Origin: Spirogloea muscicola
Lineage: Eukaryota
Assembly: GCA_009602725.1 (NCBI GenBank)
Contig: WELB01000014.1
Location: 713,002-777,001, forward strand
DNA length: 64,000 bases
Reading direction: 5' to 3'
Shown one piece after another: positions 12,090 through 24,178 of this stretch. Under the pieces are notes generated by a model, which worked only from the letters and a program-made list of their open reading frames with translations, was not told the origin of the DNA and ran no database searches. How positions within the stretch are numbered: position 1 is the first letter of the stretch; each line of letters begins with the position of its first letter. Position numbers and translations under genes: made by a program.

Positions 12090-14788
12090 ATGCGGCCGCC
12101 GCCGACGGCCGCGCTCGCNCCGCCGGCGAGCTTCCGGCTGCCGCCGCCGGGCGGCGCGGCGTCGCCGGGCGCGGCGTACGTGGCGGCGCACCACCCGGAG
12201 CTCCTGGACCTTGCCGCCGACGGGACGCTGCGACTCGTACCGCGTCCTCCCAAGTGAGGCTGGCCGCTCTCTCAGAGCGCGCCATGGCCAACCTCCGGTT
12301 CTGCCTCTAAGGTTCGGGTTTCAGGAGTCAGGGTTTAACTCCTTACTCGGCCATGGCGCGTTTGCTCCGAGGCCCGCCTCCTCCCACCTTCTGCGCCGCC
12401 TTACACGACGCCGCCGCCGCCGCCGCCGCCACTGCCGGCGCGGGGTTGGTGCTGGTGGCGCAGCTACGTGGAGCGCCGGGAGGACGGCTTCGAGGAGCCG
12501 GAGCTGGTGTTCCTGGTGGGCAGCAGCCACGCCTCGCCGACGGCGGCGTCCGACGTCGCGCGCGTCGTGCGCGCCCTGCGGCCCGACCGCGTCGTTGTGG
12601 AGCTCTGCCGCAGCAGGCGAGGCGCCGGGCTCGCGACCCAAAACCCGTCGCTCCCAGCACAGCGCCGCATGCATCCTGGTCGCCGCTCCAGCGTCAAAGG
12701 CTTGCCGCCTTGCAGCACACATAGTTGTTGCAGACAGCAGTTAATGGGATCCATTGGAAGTTCCTGCGGCCAACATTGAACCTCAGCCGGCAGACCGAGC
12801 GTCTGGTTTTGGCTATGTCACGTATCGTTCAGCGCTCGGCCTTCAGCTTTCAACAAATTGGAGATAAGGCCGGAAGACGGGTGGGCTGCGCATGTGCCGG
12901 AGTGGGTGGCGTGCTCATCCGGCCTAAAACCAAACCCTAAATTCTAAAGCTAAACCCATAACGGAATCGCTAAACCCCCGTTTTGTCTGCCCCCTGATTG
13001 GTCCTGCTGCACCCTCCACCCGGTTGTCCAGCACAGAGCCGGGCTGATGTACTCCGACGACAAGGCCCCCGACGGGGCCGGCCCGAGCCGCGGGCGGGAC
13101 TCCAACGCCATGCTGCTGGCGGGGGAGAGCCTCCCGACGGCCCTGCTCAGAGCCTGGCAGCTCGGTGAGCCAGTTGGCAGATGTCATTGCATGGCTCCCT
13201 GCCTTGTCCACTCCTCGCGATTTGGCTTGTCAGAGCTTCGGCACAGATAGCAGCTACCCGCTGTACTCACTGGAGATCTCTTTCATGTTGTCGAGCTACG
13301 CCGAAGCTGACGGCCTGATGCAGCGCTTGTCGTGCAGGCGGCCAATCAGCGCTGGCGCTCAGGCTGCTCCTAGGCGGCGTGGCCAGACAAGTGGAGACTG
13401 TCGCGGGCGTCGAGTACGGAGACGAGGTGCAGTCTCTGAGTTACCTTTACAATCACTCGGAAGTTTGGGAGCGCTGCCATCCATGATCTTGAGCTCGAGT
13501 GACGGGACAGCGCAGCAGCCGTGCTTGCCTGTTAGGTCTTGCTTGTCTCCATCTCACTTCACCCACCCGATTAGCCGTGCATGTGCGCTGTGCCATAGGC
13601 CCCGCTTCATATTGACAAACAGCTGCTCTCGAACTCACTAACTCCAATACGGGGCTTGTTGATTGACATGGATGTCTCTTGCAAGCTTCTGGGCCTAACA
13701 TGCGGCTTCTTGCAGTTTCGGGCAGCACGCAAGGCTGCAGAGGAAGTAGGAGCTCAGCTGGTGTTGGGCGACAGGCCCATAGAGATCACAGTAAGCTCAA
13801 TATCCCATATTGGATACGGGCATGTCCATCTGACCTACCTGTCTTGCTCTGTTTATTGCCTGAGGATGCTGTGGACCTTTTCTAGAGATCTCATTTTCGT
13901 CCTGTGCACCTTGGGACGCTTGCCGTGACAGCTGCGACGCACGTGGCGTGCAATGGGCTTTGGCGAGAAGCTCAGCCTCATTCCCAGTCTGCTACAGTTT
14001 GTTACCAAGACGCCAGCCCTGCGTGCAGATGAGCTTGAGGAGGCCAGGTCCGAGGACGCCATCACTGCACTCTTTGAGGAGGTCGGAGCTAGATTCCCAT
14101 CCCTCCTCGCCCCACTGGTGTATGAGCGTGACATGGTGAGGTCTTACAGCTTTTTCTTTAGCCCCAGTAATGTATTGCTGTTGATTTAAGATAAAGGGTT
14201 GCAATTGTATTCATGGCAAAGACGGCAGTACATGGAAAAGGATTCCCAGCACATCACTCTGGCAATGTCAGTTGCTGACAACTGTCATTGTCCATCTTTG
14301 CTCCCTAGTATCTGGCGTGGTCATTGAAGAGAAGCAAAGCCGTCAATGGAACGTCGAAAGTTGTGGGCGTTATTGGCCGGGGCCACATGCGGGGCGTTGT
14401 CTATGCCCTTACCCACAATCAGGTTGTTAGAAGCAACAAAAGATGCACAGTGCTTCACAATCACAGAGTGAATTCTGAAGTTGTGGAAGGTGCTTACTGG
14501 CAAAGTTGATATTTTGGTATCTTCGAAGTTCTCAGATCTTGATCACTATGATAGTTCTTGAAATAGTGGGGGTGCTACCAAGCTTGTGGATGAAGGGGGC
14601 TGACTGTCTCCTCAGGCTTGACATTGCAGGAGGAGCTTCGTTTCAAGGATCTTGTTGGTGGTCTCCCTGATGGATCCAAAAGGATAACTGTACAGAAAGT
14701 TGTCAAGGTTGTGAATAATCTCATTGTAGAAGGTGCCATTTGTTATGTAGCTTGGTATGTGTATACGTCAATGACAGGAGGTCATTGA
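12090..14788 (+). CDS. TraB-domain protein (plant type)
   Basis: PELLDLAADGTL / EPELVFLVGSSH..RPDRVVVELCRSR / FRAARKAAEEVGAQLVLGDRPIEIT / PLVYERDM / YLAWSLKRSKAVNG..VVGVIGRGHMRGV, and a C-terminal hydrophobic segment. The N at 12119 makes the start uncertain. Confidence 0.87.
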
Positions 14789-15399
14789 TGTTTGATTTCA
14801 TGATCATGAAAGAGTGGAAATCAGTAGTTTTCCTACTTGCTAATAAGGTGCGCTCAAATGCCTCCTTGAGTGCTCTAATTTGCCTTACTGTTTTCGCACT
14901 TTTTCACACCCATTTATGTACTGTACATATTTAGCACTAGACAAGACTTCATAGTCAACCATGCCAACTCAATGTCCCATTGTTTAGCAAATTTGCACAC
15001 TACATTGTGCTCAAGAGTTTTGTGATCTCTTTCTCCACTTTTTGATTGGAATTTTGTTAGTCACGTAGCAAGCATTAAAGCATCAACTTTAACGCGTGTA
15101 CAGGAATGCCATTGCAGCTGCTAGAAGAACTTGTGACTGGCAATGCATGGCAACTCCGAGGGATTACAAAGGCAACAGTCCTAGAGGAAAATGCTCAGCT
15201 ATCTTCTTCTGAGCAGCTACATTTAGGCAGTGCAGTTGCTTTAGCCTTCGTAAGACATCGACTCCACTAAAAGTATGAGACGAGGAAGTGCAAGCGAATG
15301 GGTCGCAACTTCTTAGTCAAATTCAGATGCTGCGAGGTCTGCATTGATCAACAGAGGCGTATATTTAAAGTGCCTAGCTCTGTGAAGTATACATCAGCC

Positions 15400-17940
15400 T
15401 TATTGATATTGAGAAGCAAGCTCGCCCTCCCTGACTATGTAGTAATCTTCCTGGAAGGGCTTGCCCTCAAACCAGCACTGCAGCATCTCCTTGATGCCAG
15501 CAGAGTAGCGTTGCTGCACAGATGTAAAGGTAGGCCAGTGTTAATGGCTTCATAGGCAGTTCACGGCTATGTATGATTCTTGTGCGAACAGACAGCCAGT
15601 TCACTTACAGTAGTGAAGTTGGCACATTGGGGCAAGGTTTCCTTATCTGTTTATATAAAAGTCGCTTGCATCTTCTGCTGTTTGTACATCCTGAAATGGA
15701 TACAATTATGCGATTTCTGGAGCCTTAAGCTCTGCAGATACTGAGGAAACCCAAGTCTGCTGACCTGTGCGTCAATAGTTGTGCCTGACAGGTGCGGAGT
15801 CATGGCCCCATTCTTCATGGTACGCCAGGGGTGGTCCGAGGGTGGTGGTTGTGGGTACCAGACGTCCCCGCTGTAACCTGTTGAGCATGCAATGAGGGTC
15901 GAATGAGCATAATACAGGTGGTAGATGATGCACATCAACCACCAGGAAATGACATGGAGAGAGTTAATCATGTCACATCGCCAGTACCTCCTAATTGACC
16001 ACTTTCACACGCCTCCACCACTGCGTCTACATCAACGATGGCACCTCGTGCATTATTCACTAGCATGGCACCCTTCTTCATCTTTGCTATGGTTTCTTGG
16101 TCGAACATTCCCCTGCAACCACCAGAAGGATTGCCTCACCAGCCACACTAGAATGTAATTAGCGCTTGAAGTCTATCTTGCTTCAATCCAACCGGTAGTA
16201 GATACTAAAGAGTAAAAGTTTCTCCACTTACTTGGTCTTGGCGGACAAGGGCAAGTTGATGGAGACGACGTCACACTGAGATAAGAACTTGTCAAGGTCA
16301 CCCTCGAGTGTAGCACCACACTCCTTCAGCTGCTCCTCTGGCATTTCATGTCGAGCATAGTAGAGTAGCTTGCAGTCAAAGGGCTGCCAGCCGTCACAAC
16401 ACATTTTCATAAGTATTATAATGTCAGAATACAAACATTCTAGGCATTTGTATTTCTGATGAGCAGATTGATGTCAAATGCGTGTTGCGCTTGAGTGCTC
16501 AATCTGTACCTTCAGTCTCTTCAGAAGCTCAAAGCCGATTCTTCCAGCTCCAACAGTGCCAACCGTCTTGCCCTGTAAGTCGTAAGCCCTGGATGTGACT
16601 TCTGCAACATTCCAACCTCCATCGTGGATCTGATGCCATGCAGGCAGAAAGTTGCGGATGAGGAGGAGTATGCGCATCACTTCATCCTCAGCAACACTGA
16701 CCACGTTGCTCCCTGCACTCCCATGAGGGACCATCTACTTTTAGTAACCTGTTTACTGAGTCAAATTGTACATAAGTAAGAGAAGGCAGAGCTAAAATTA
16801 CTCGAGCTCAATGAAGATTCATCAAGCCGTCACAAATTCGTTCAGGAGACAGATGGAGCTTTCAGTCAGTCAACTTTGCAGATGACAGTTTATCATGCAG
16901 TCACCTGTGACTTCAGCTACTGTAAGCCCTGCGTCGGCAGCAGCCTTGAGGTCAATGTGGTCTGAGCCTATCCCCGCAGTCAGAACGAGCTTCAGATTCT
17001 TGGCCTTCTGAATGAGCTCCTCCGTCACATACGCAGGATGGAAAGGTGTTGTGATGAGGACATTCAGGTCAGGTAGGTGCTGAGCCAGCTCTGCCAAAGC
17101 ACGGGGTAACGCATGTCACCACCAGTTGTATTCGGAACAGCAGTATTCACAACAGATTGTTCGTGCGTGCCATACACCTTCTCACCTTTCAGACAGCAGT
17201 GAGGTCGTCGTCAATGTTAAGCATCTAAGTTGCACCGAAGCACTGCAGGAACATTGGAGGGAGATCGAGGAGCTGATGATAAAGTCAACAAGGAATCGAA
17301 GCTGGTGCTTGCTTGCACCTGATTCGTCGCCTTCTTTGTCGTCAGTGACAAAGAACTCATGGCCTTTCTCCTTAAGCCAGTCCGTCAGGCCGAGAGCATT
17401 CTCAACGCAGCCCAGATATTTTGGATTTTTGGCAGCCTCGCCGCCCTTGTAGAGGACTGCGCCGATCTTCATGCTGCCCTGGCCGTGCTCCTGCAAAGCA
17501 GTCTCGCATGCATCTGTCAGCCAGCTGCATCACTGCAGTAAAGCAGTCCATGCATCCGGCAAGTTCTGACAAGCTACTTAAGGTTATCTGCCTGCCCTTA
17601 GTTGCAGGCCGCTGTCTACCAGACAGACTGGCTCCCGATCATGGGCAACTCCAAGGCCTCTTGCAGGCTCACAAGCCGTATGGTGCATATACCGCGACGG
17701 CCGTACCTGGGAGGAGGCGCACGTCGGGACCGGCCTGTGGGAGCTCGGGCGGCGGGCAGCGGCGGCTCTTGGCGGCGCCCGGACGGCAGCCGCGAGGGGG
17801 GCGGAGGAGGCGGCCACCGGCGGCGAGCGGCGCGGAGCGGCACGGAGCGCGGGCGCGAGGATCCACGGCCCGACGGCGGCGGTGATGGCGGCGGCGACGG
17901 CGGCGACGGGGACTACGGCGGCCGACACGGTCAGCGACAT
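15400..17940 (-). CDS. FDH: Formate dehydrogenase with long Ala/Pro/Arg-rich organellar targeting peptide
   Basis: [76 protein letters not shown]. Spliced frame is intact to TAA at 15400-15402. Confidence 0.96.
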
Positions 17941-18010
17941 GACGCCGGCAACTGGCCTGGGGGGTGGGGCAACCTCGCCTGCAGTCCCGCCACGGAAGGC
18001 AAGTCCCGTC

Positions 18011-18157
18011 AACGTGGCGGCCGCCCAAGCTGACACGGCGCCCCTCATTTACACGTGGCAGCCACGTCGGAGGCGGGGGCCGAAAGCCTGCATAGCGCAG
18101 ACAGTCGGCCGGCTGACGTAGGCTCTGCCACTGAGGCGGGGCTGCTGAACACGTGGC
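18011..18157. promoter_or_regulatory. Cluster of ABRE/G-box (ACGTG) elements upstream of FDH
   Basis: AACGTGGC 18011, ACACGTGGC 18051, GCCACGTC 18061, TGACGTA 18114, ACACGTGGC 18149. Confidence 0.6.
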
Positions 18158-19375
18158 GCAGGCGGAGGTGGTCGCCTTGCCGAACTGCATTTTGAGTTGA
18201 TCTGGTCCAGTCGGTACAAAATTATCGCAAAATAGTGACGCTGGGCACAACGACAGCTTCGCACAGAAAGTCACACACTTGATGCCACCCGTGGCTACTT
18301 TGCTAGTGCTAGCTTGACTTATCTACCTGGCAAAGCCAAGCGTGTGCGTCCATTATTACGTTTTAAATAATCATTGCACGACATCACAGCTGAGTAACTT
18401 GCTAACAAAATTTAGTGGGAGTACAAACAATAGCAGAACTTCTGCCTGCAGCCCAACCTACTCAGTGGCAGTGCCATTGTGTGCGACAGTACTTTGCAAT
18501 GTATAAGTGCACAACAACAAGCTGTTTCCTTTACTAGCTAACGTCAGTGGGTCTAAAGAAGAATAACAGATGCTGTGCTGCAGTCCAATTTGAGCCATAT
18601 GTTCCAGGCATAACTTTTACTACAGAGCTGTTGCTGGTACTCCTCGTGGTCTGGACCTGGCATCTTCACGTTTTACTGCATGGACAATGCTGCCGCTTGC
18701 TTCACCATGTTTTATTCTAGTGCAAGCAATCCATTTTGCGTGCAGCAATAGCAGCCCAACAAAGCCGTTTCTAACGTTGCATACATCACCCATTTGTCCG
18801 ATAGTGATGAGATTCACAGTCATGGGCACCTATGCATCAACCCCGAGGCCACTGGTGTACAACAAAGCAATAAACAGGTCACCAATATGACATGGCTAAG
18901 ATAATTCACATATTCGATTCTGCGACAGTGACCAGATGCAACCATCCAGGCCAAAACCGAGGTTTAACTTACTCCATTGAATTGTATATGAGGAGAATAT
19001 GAGGCTTCTCACAGGTCATCTCCCAGGACAACACAAGACATTGACTACTCTTCACTGTATTGACCTTGTCAGCAGCTCGCAGCAGTAACTACACAATGTT
19101 ACTTAGGCTCAAGCTCGCAAAATGCATGCTGACAGGTAAGCCAATATTCACTTATGTCAGCATGCACGAGCGCCCCTTGGGCTGGAGGCTCTCAGAAAAT
19201 GTGTACCGAGAAGGGGCTTACTCATGGAATCGTCAGTCCAAATTAACAAATGTATGCTATAATAGGGTAATAGTATCACCAAATACTGCAGAGTAAGTGT
19301 GACGTGAATGACGAACTGATTGGTTTGAAATGATGCAGTGCTTTGTTGACAATATTGTCAACCTCATCGGCCTGC

Positions 19376-20182
19376 TTAATCTTTACTTCCCATAGCACCC
19401 TTAGCAGTCTCCTTTGCGCGCTGCGCAGCCTCCTTGGTCATGTCACCGACCTTCTCACCAAATTGCTTCACACCTTTGCCAACATCCTTTGCAACGTCAC
19501 CGGCTGCCTTTGCAGTGCCCTCCACACCATCGGCCTGTGTAATTGCAGTGCAGTAGACATAGATGCAAATCCTTATGATATAATTGTGTCCTTGTGCTGT
19601 GCTTGAAAATTTCGGCTCGCCCAGAGATTCACCGAGCAGCTGACACAATGCCTGCCCCCCCAATGACTGGAGAGGTAAAACAACAGTGATACTGGAAATC
19701 ATAGGCTGCCTAGAGATAATCTGCTTACCTCGCGAACCTTCTCTCCGCCCTCCCTCGCACGCTCGAGGTTAGCCTCTTTTGTCTTCTCAGCGTGGCCCTC
19801 GGCACCCTCCTGAGTCGTGGAGCCCATGGTAGGCTCGTCCCGACTCTTGATGCTCTCCTTACCCTGATAACCAGTGGTTCTCACATACGAAGTAAGTCAA
19901 CAATGTCCACTATTTTAAGCAGTGGTTCAAGAACATTGCAATCGTTGAGCATTAAAGAGTGCGTGCATTACACAGCAGATGCTGCAGCCTCTCAGCTAAG
20001 AGTGTACACAGAGACCCAGTAAGAAGGGTAGATACCTCAGTTGTGAAGAAGCGGTGCGATGCCGGAACGGCAACCACGCGCGTGGCCACATGCAGCACGC
20101 CCTGCCCGGCCTCGGCCTGGGCCTGCAGAGCTGCGCCGGCCGGCCTCCGCACGGCCATCGCCACGGACCTCCAGAGCGCCAT
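19376..20182 (-). CDS. LEA (group 3-like) hydrophilic protein with probable mitochondrial presequence, 3 exons
   Basis: MALWRSVAMAVRR..HRFFTTE / GKESIKSRDEPTMGS..EKTKEANLERAREGGEKVRE / ADGVEGTAKAAGDVAKDVGKGVKQFGEKVGDMTKEAAQRAKETAKG. A/K/E/T-rich amphipathic repeats. Confidence 0.7.
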
Positions 20183-20503
20183 GGCGACTCTGCTGGTCGC
20201 TAGGGGCCACAGATCGGGCCGGGAAGCTGGCAAGTATGGAGGCCGCGTGCCGCTAGACGGGGCGAAGCAGCGGACTAGCGAGGAGTGTGCGCGCGCGCGA
20301 ACCCGGTGCAGCGGCGGCGGCGGCGGCGGCGGCAGCGGCGGCAGCTGCGGCAGCGGGCTCAGTGGGGGAAGAAACTGAAGGCCTTCGAATGGATATGGAA
20401 GGCCGCATGGCCCCCTTTCCTCTCCCGGGGGAAGGCCACGCCACCTGCCGGGCGCAGAGCGCGCCACGGCGGACGCCGCCGGGGCCAGCTGAGTCAGCTC
20501 GCA

Positions 20504-20519
20504 GCCGCCACGTGGCGGC
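20504..20519. promoter_or_regulatory. 16-bp perfect palindromic G-box upstream of LEA gene
   Basis: GCCGCCACGTGGCGGC about 320 bp upstream of the LEA ATG. Confidence 0.55.
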
Positions 20520-21195
20520 CCCCGCTCGCCTCCCCGCGCCCGGCCCCAAACCAGCATCTGCCGTCCGATCGCCGCCAGCCCGTCATCGACGCCGTCCGCG
20601 ACGTTTCGGCGCGCGCGGGCAGCTCCTCGTTTTCCTATGCCTGCCCCGCGGGGGCAGAGCGGCGGCGGGGCGGCGCGCCGCCGTCCGTCGGAAGGTGGTC
20701 CCCGACGGCGCTCCCACGTTCCCATTCGTCGACTCGATCCGTTTTCCTCCGAGCTGCCCGCGCTCCGCGGGCAGCCCGGGGCCCCACCGGCGCCGCCACG
20801 GCGGGAGAGTGAAGAGAAACGTAGAAGAAGTCCATCAGGCGCCAAATGCGCCCTGATTGATTTCCATCACGATAGAGACGGCCGCCGGCCGTTTCCATAG
20901 CTGATGGGTCCTGGCCACGTCCTCCGTCGAGCCAGGCGCCAAGTCAGCCGGATCACTTATGGCTAACAGCCCGCCGTTAGGGCAATAACCGGCCCCCCTG
21001 CCGAGTGGTGAACGGGAAGGAGGTGGGGGGGAGGGAGGGCACTGCCCTCCCTCCCCTCCGCATCCACTCCTCTCCGCCTCCTCCCTCCCCGACCGCGCCT
21101 CCTACGACCATCCACGCCCCTCGCCAGACCCCTCCTCGCCTGGTCCACCCCCCCTCCCCCCGGGCCCGCGCCTGGTCCTGCAGCAACCCAGACCA

Positions 21196-21237
<42 letters not shown>

Positions 21238-21290
21238 GCACCGCGCCCGCGGCTCGAGGTTTTGCGGCGTGGCTGGCTGAGGCGGCTCAC

Positions 21291-21380
21291 CGGCACAGTG
21301 ATGCGCCGGTCGGACTGGACGCGGACGAAGCGCTTCAAGCGCTTCTTCAGGATCTTGCGCTTCACCAGCGGTGTCACCAT
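21291..21380 (-). CDS. RPL32: 60S ribosomal protein L32 (eL32), first coding exon only
   Basis: MVTPLVKRKILKKRLKRFVRVQSDRRITVP followed by a GTGAGC donor. The expected downstream WRxPKGIDxRVRR exon was not found before the LEA gene. Confidence 0.8.
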
Positions 21381-21751
21381 GGCGCCTCCCGCGCGAGGCT
21401 AGCCCACTCCTCAGGCTCCGGCGCACGCCGCGGCGGCGGCGGCGGCGGCGCGGCGGCGGCGGCGGTAGCGGCGGCAGCTGCGGGGGACTGGTACCTGGAG
21501 TTGGGTTGGCGAAGGTATGGTCCTAAAACCCCACTTCTTCGTCAAACCCTGGAAACCGTGGTAGGGTCCGAAGGCTGACGGCCAAGATGCGCCGGCGCGA
21601 TCTCATCCGACGGCCGTGCAGAGCGGCGGCGCCGGGGAACCCAGAAAATGTGACGGAAGTACTGTCTTCCCCGCCAACAGGATAAATCAGTTCTGTTGAT
21701 AAATACATTCCGCGCGAGCGGAAGATTGGAGCCGGAGGGTCGTGTTCACAN

Positions 21752-23198
21752 CGCCGCCGACGCCGCCGCGGTGCGTGGCGCAGCCGTCCGGCGCTTCCGG
21801 GAGGACTACGGCTCGCAGGGCGGCAGCGGCGGTGGCAGCGGCGGTCGCGCGGCCATGGACAGCGCGGTGCGCAACCTGTACTCGCCGGACGTGGCCGCCG
21901 GGTGGGGCGTGCACGTCGTGCAGGAGGTGAAGATGCTGGCGCGCAAGGCCGACCGCGCGGCCATGGACTCCGCCATTCGGGAGATGGAGCAGGCGGGCAT
22001 GAGCAGGTGCGTCGCTTCTGTGACTGCCATTGACCTCCTGGCCGCCACTGCTGCTTCATGGCTGATTGTGGAGATCATACGCAGGGGCTGCCACAAAGCC
22101 TGGCTAGAAGCTGCATGCTTGGCTGCATGATCTGGGTGCGACCGCCTGCAGTAGCGTAAACCAAAGGCAGAGCTTTGCGCTCCGCAGGCCATGGCGGCCA
22201 TGGAATGTGTGATGACTCAGGCGACGAGGCTTGAGAAGGCCGGCGCTGAATGCCATCTGGTGCCGGCGGCTGCGCAGGGACGCGGCGGCAGAGGCAGTGT
22301 TCAAGGAGCGCTGCATGCCGGTACGGGACGGGCCCAGCTGGGCTGACTACATGTCCACCAGCGGCCGGCCCACGGACGAGTACGACATTGTGGCGCTGCA
22401 GTACACGCATGAGGGCCTGCTGAGCGTCGACGAGAACAGCGACGGCGGTGCCGCCGCCTTTGGCGACGACATTGCCATTGAGTGCCTCGCCACCGAGTAC
22501 TGCCGCGAGATCTACGTCGTGAGCACTCCCGCCTGGAACTTCTTTATCAAAGCGGAGCTTAGTGAGTGCCGGTCCGTCACGCCCACTGTGACTCACGCCG
22601 CGTCCCCTGCGCGCCCCTTGCCGGAGCAGATGCAGGCGCACGGTGCAGACGGCATGGTGGAGCCGAGCTCCTGCCTCTTCTTCCTGCCGCACTCGCCGCG
22701 GGGCGGCAAGGACAGCGTTCAACACCAGCCGCTGTTCCTCTTCATGAAAGGCACCGGTAAGACCACAATGCACTTTAGGCCCACGACGACATGCCAAGAC
22801 GACGTTACTTTTATTTGAAGAGGTTGCTGACAGAATGTTGTGTGCAACTCTGAAGCTGGTTACCAAAGTGTATCATACTTATTCAGCTTCGCAGTGCCCA
22901 CCGAGCTTCTGGCATCGTAGCAGTAAGAGCCGTTTGCATGGAGGTTTTCTGAGAAAGCTGTGACAAGGCCGTGACAAGGTGGTAGACAGGCACCTTCGCA
23001 TATAGTTGCATAGTGTTGAGAGACTGCGAGCATGACCAGTCAGTGAACGAGAGCATCGCTCGATGGAGGCTGATGGCTTGCTGCTGATTCTGCGGCATGC
23101 ACTCTGCAGGCTGGTGTGGTGGCGGCGGCGACCACTACGAGCCTGTTGTGGCGCGCCCCAGGCCGTCCTCGGGCGTCAAGGCGGCGGTGGTGCTATAA
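21752..23198 (+). CDS. Conserved plant protein of unknown function with OTU-like C-terminal HYEP motif (5' partial)
   Basis: LYSPDVAAGWGVHVVQEVK / EYDIVALQYTHEGLLSVDEN..AAAFGDDIAIECLATEY / QAHGADGMV..FLFMKGT / GWCGGGGDHYEP. Starts at the single N at 21751. Confidence 0.8.
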
Positions 23199-23998
23199 CC
23201 CCTACGCGTGGCCGGCCCCGCTTTTCACTTCCATTCTCTTCTTGGCAACCTTGCTGCATCTTGGACGCTTCCTCAGCTGGGCCATGCAACCTGCACTTAC
23301 CCGCGTGAGGAGACAGACGTCCTACCTACCTTTCCTTAACACAGCCGACAGAGGTCAACGGGCTGAGCGCAAGCTCCAGTACGTGCCCGTCGGTGCCACT
23401 CGCTTCGGCCAAGCCGTCAACTGCACAAGCAGAGCAGCACCTGCTATTCACCCTCAACCCTGCACACATCGACTTAGACCATTAATTGCCAATGGTGTGC
23501 AGCTCCAAGAGCATAAGTTGCCTACACAACGCAGAGCTGGGTAGTTCTCAAGCTCAGCCACTTGGAGTAATAAGTGCAGGAGGAGCAAGATTTTGTGTCT
23601 TCAATTAGAGTTTCAAAAATTGAAAGAGCTCCGTCCCACCGCTATGCTTTGCGCCAGGACTTGTCAGAAGGCTATGACTGTTGGCACAGGGGCTGTCCAT
23701 TTTGAGAATGACGTAGATGACTCAGGCATAAGATTGATGGTGACATTGTGCTGCATCCGCTTTGTAGTAGTTGGATAGCCATTATTGCACCAATGATAGC
23801 GTCTGGAGCTACATGAGCGTCTTAACACTTGGATGTTGCTCGAGTGCCTGCCAGCTAGGCCTGACTCTCACAACGTCGCACTGCCTTTGACGTGTCGCAC
23901 ATATTGAGAAGCTTGGTCTTGGGAGCAGTATCAAGCTACTCTGCAGAATGAATGCCCTGGCACAAGTAAACCAAAGGAGGGCGTAGACAAGAGGCCGT

Positions 23999-24141
23999 CT
24001 AATTCTCTTCCGACAAGTAAATGTCGCCGTCACCAGCCTCTACGCAACCAAGCACGGCGGGCAACTTTGGCGCGCCGGACAGCGAACGCATCTTAGCCAA
24101 GGACGTGGGTTTGCGTGGTGCCGCCAAGCCCCACCACTGCT

Positions 24142-24178
<37 letters not shown>

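Noticed and set aside
19952..20900. Long overlapping Ala/Arg/Pro/Gly-rich ORFs on both strands (also near 3100-4300, 11600-12800 and 49000-49900)
   Set aside because: Expected from stop-codon scarcity in very GC-rich promoter islands; no family motifs.
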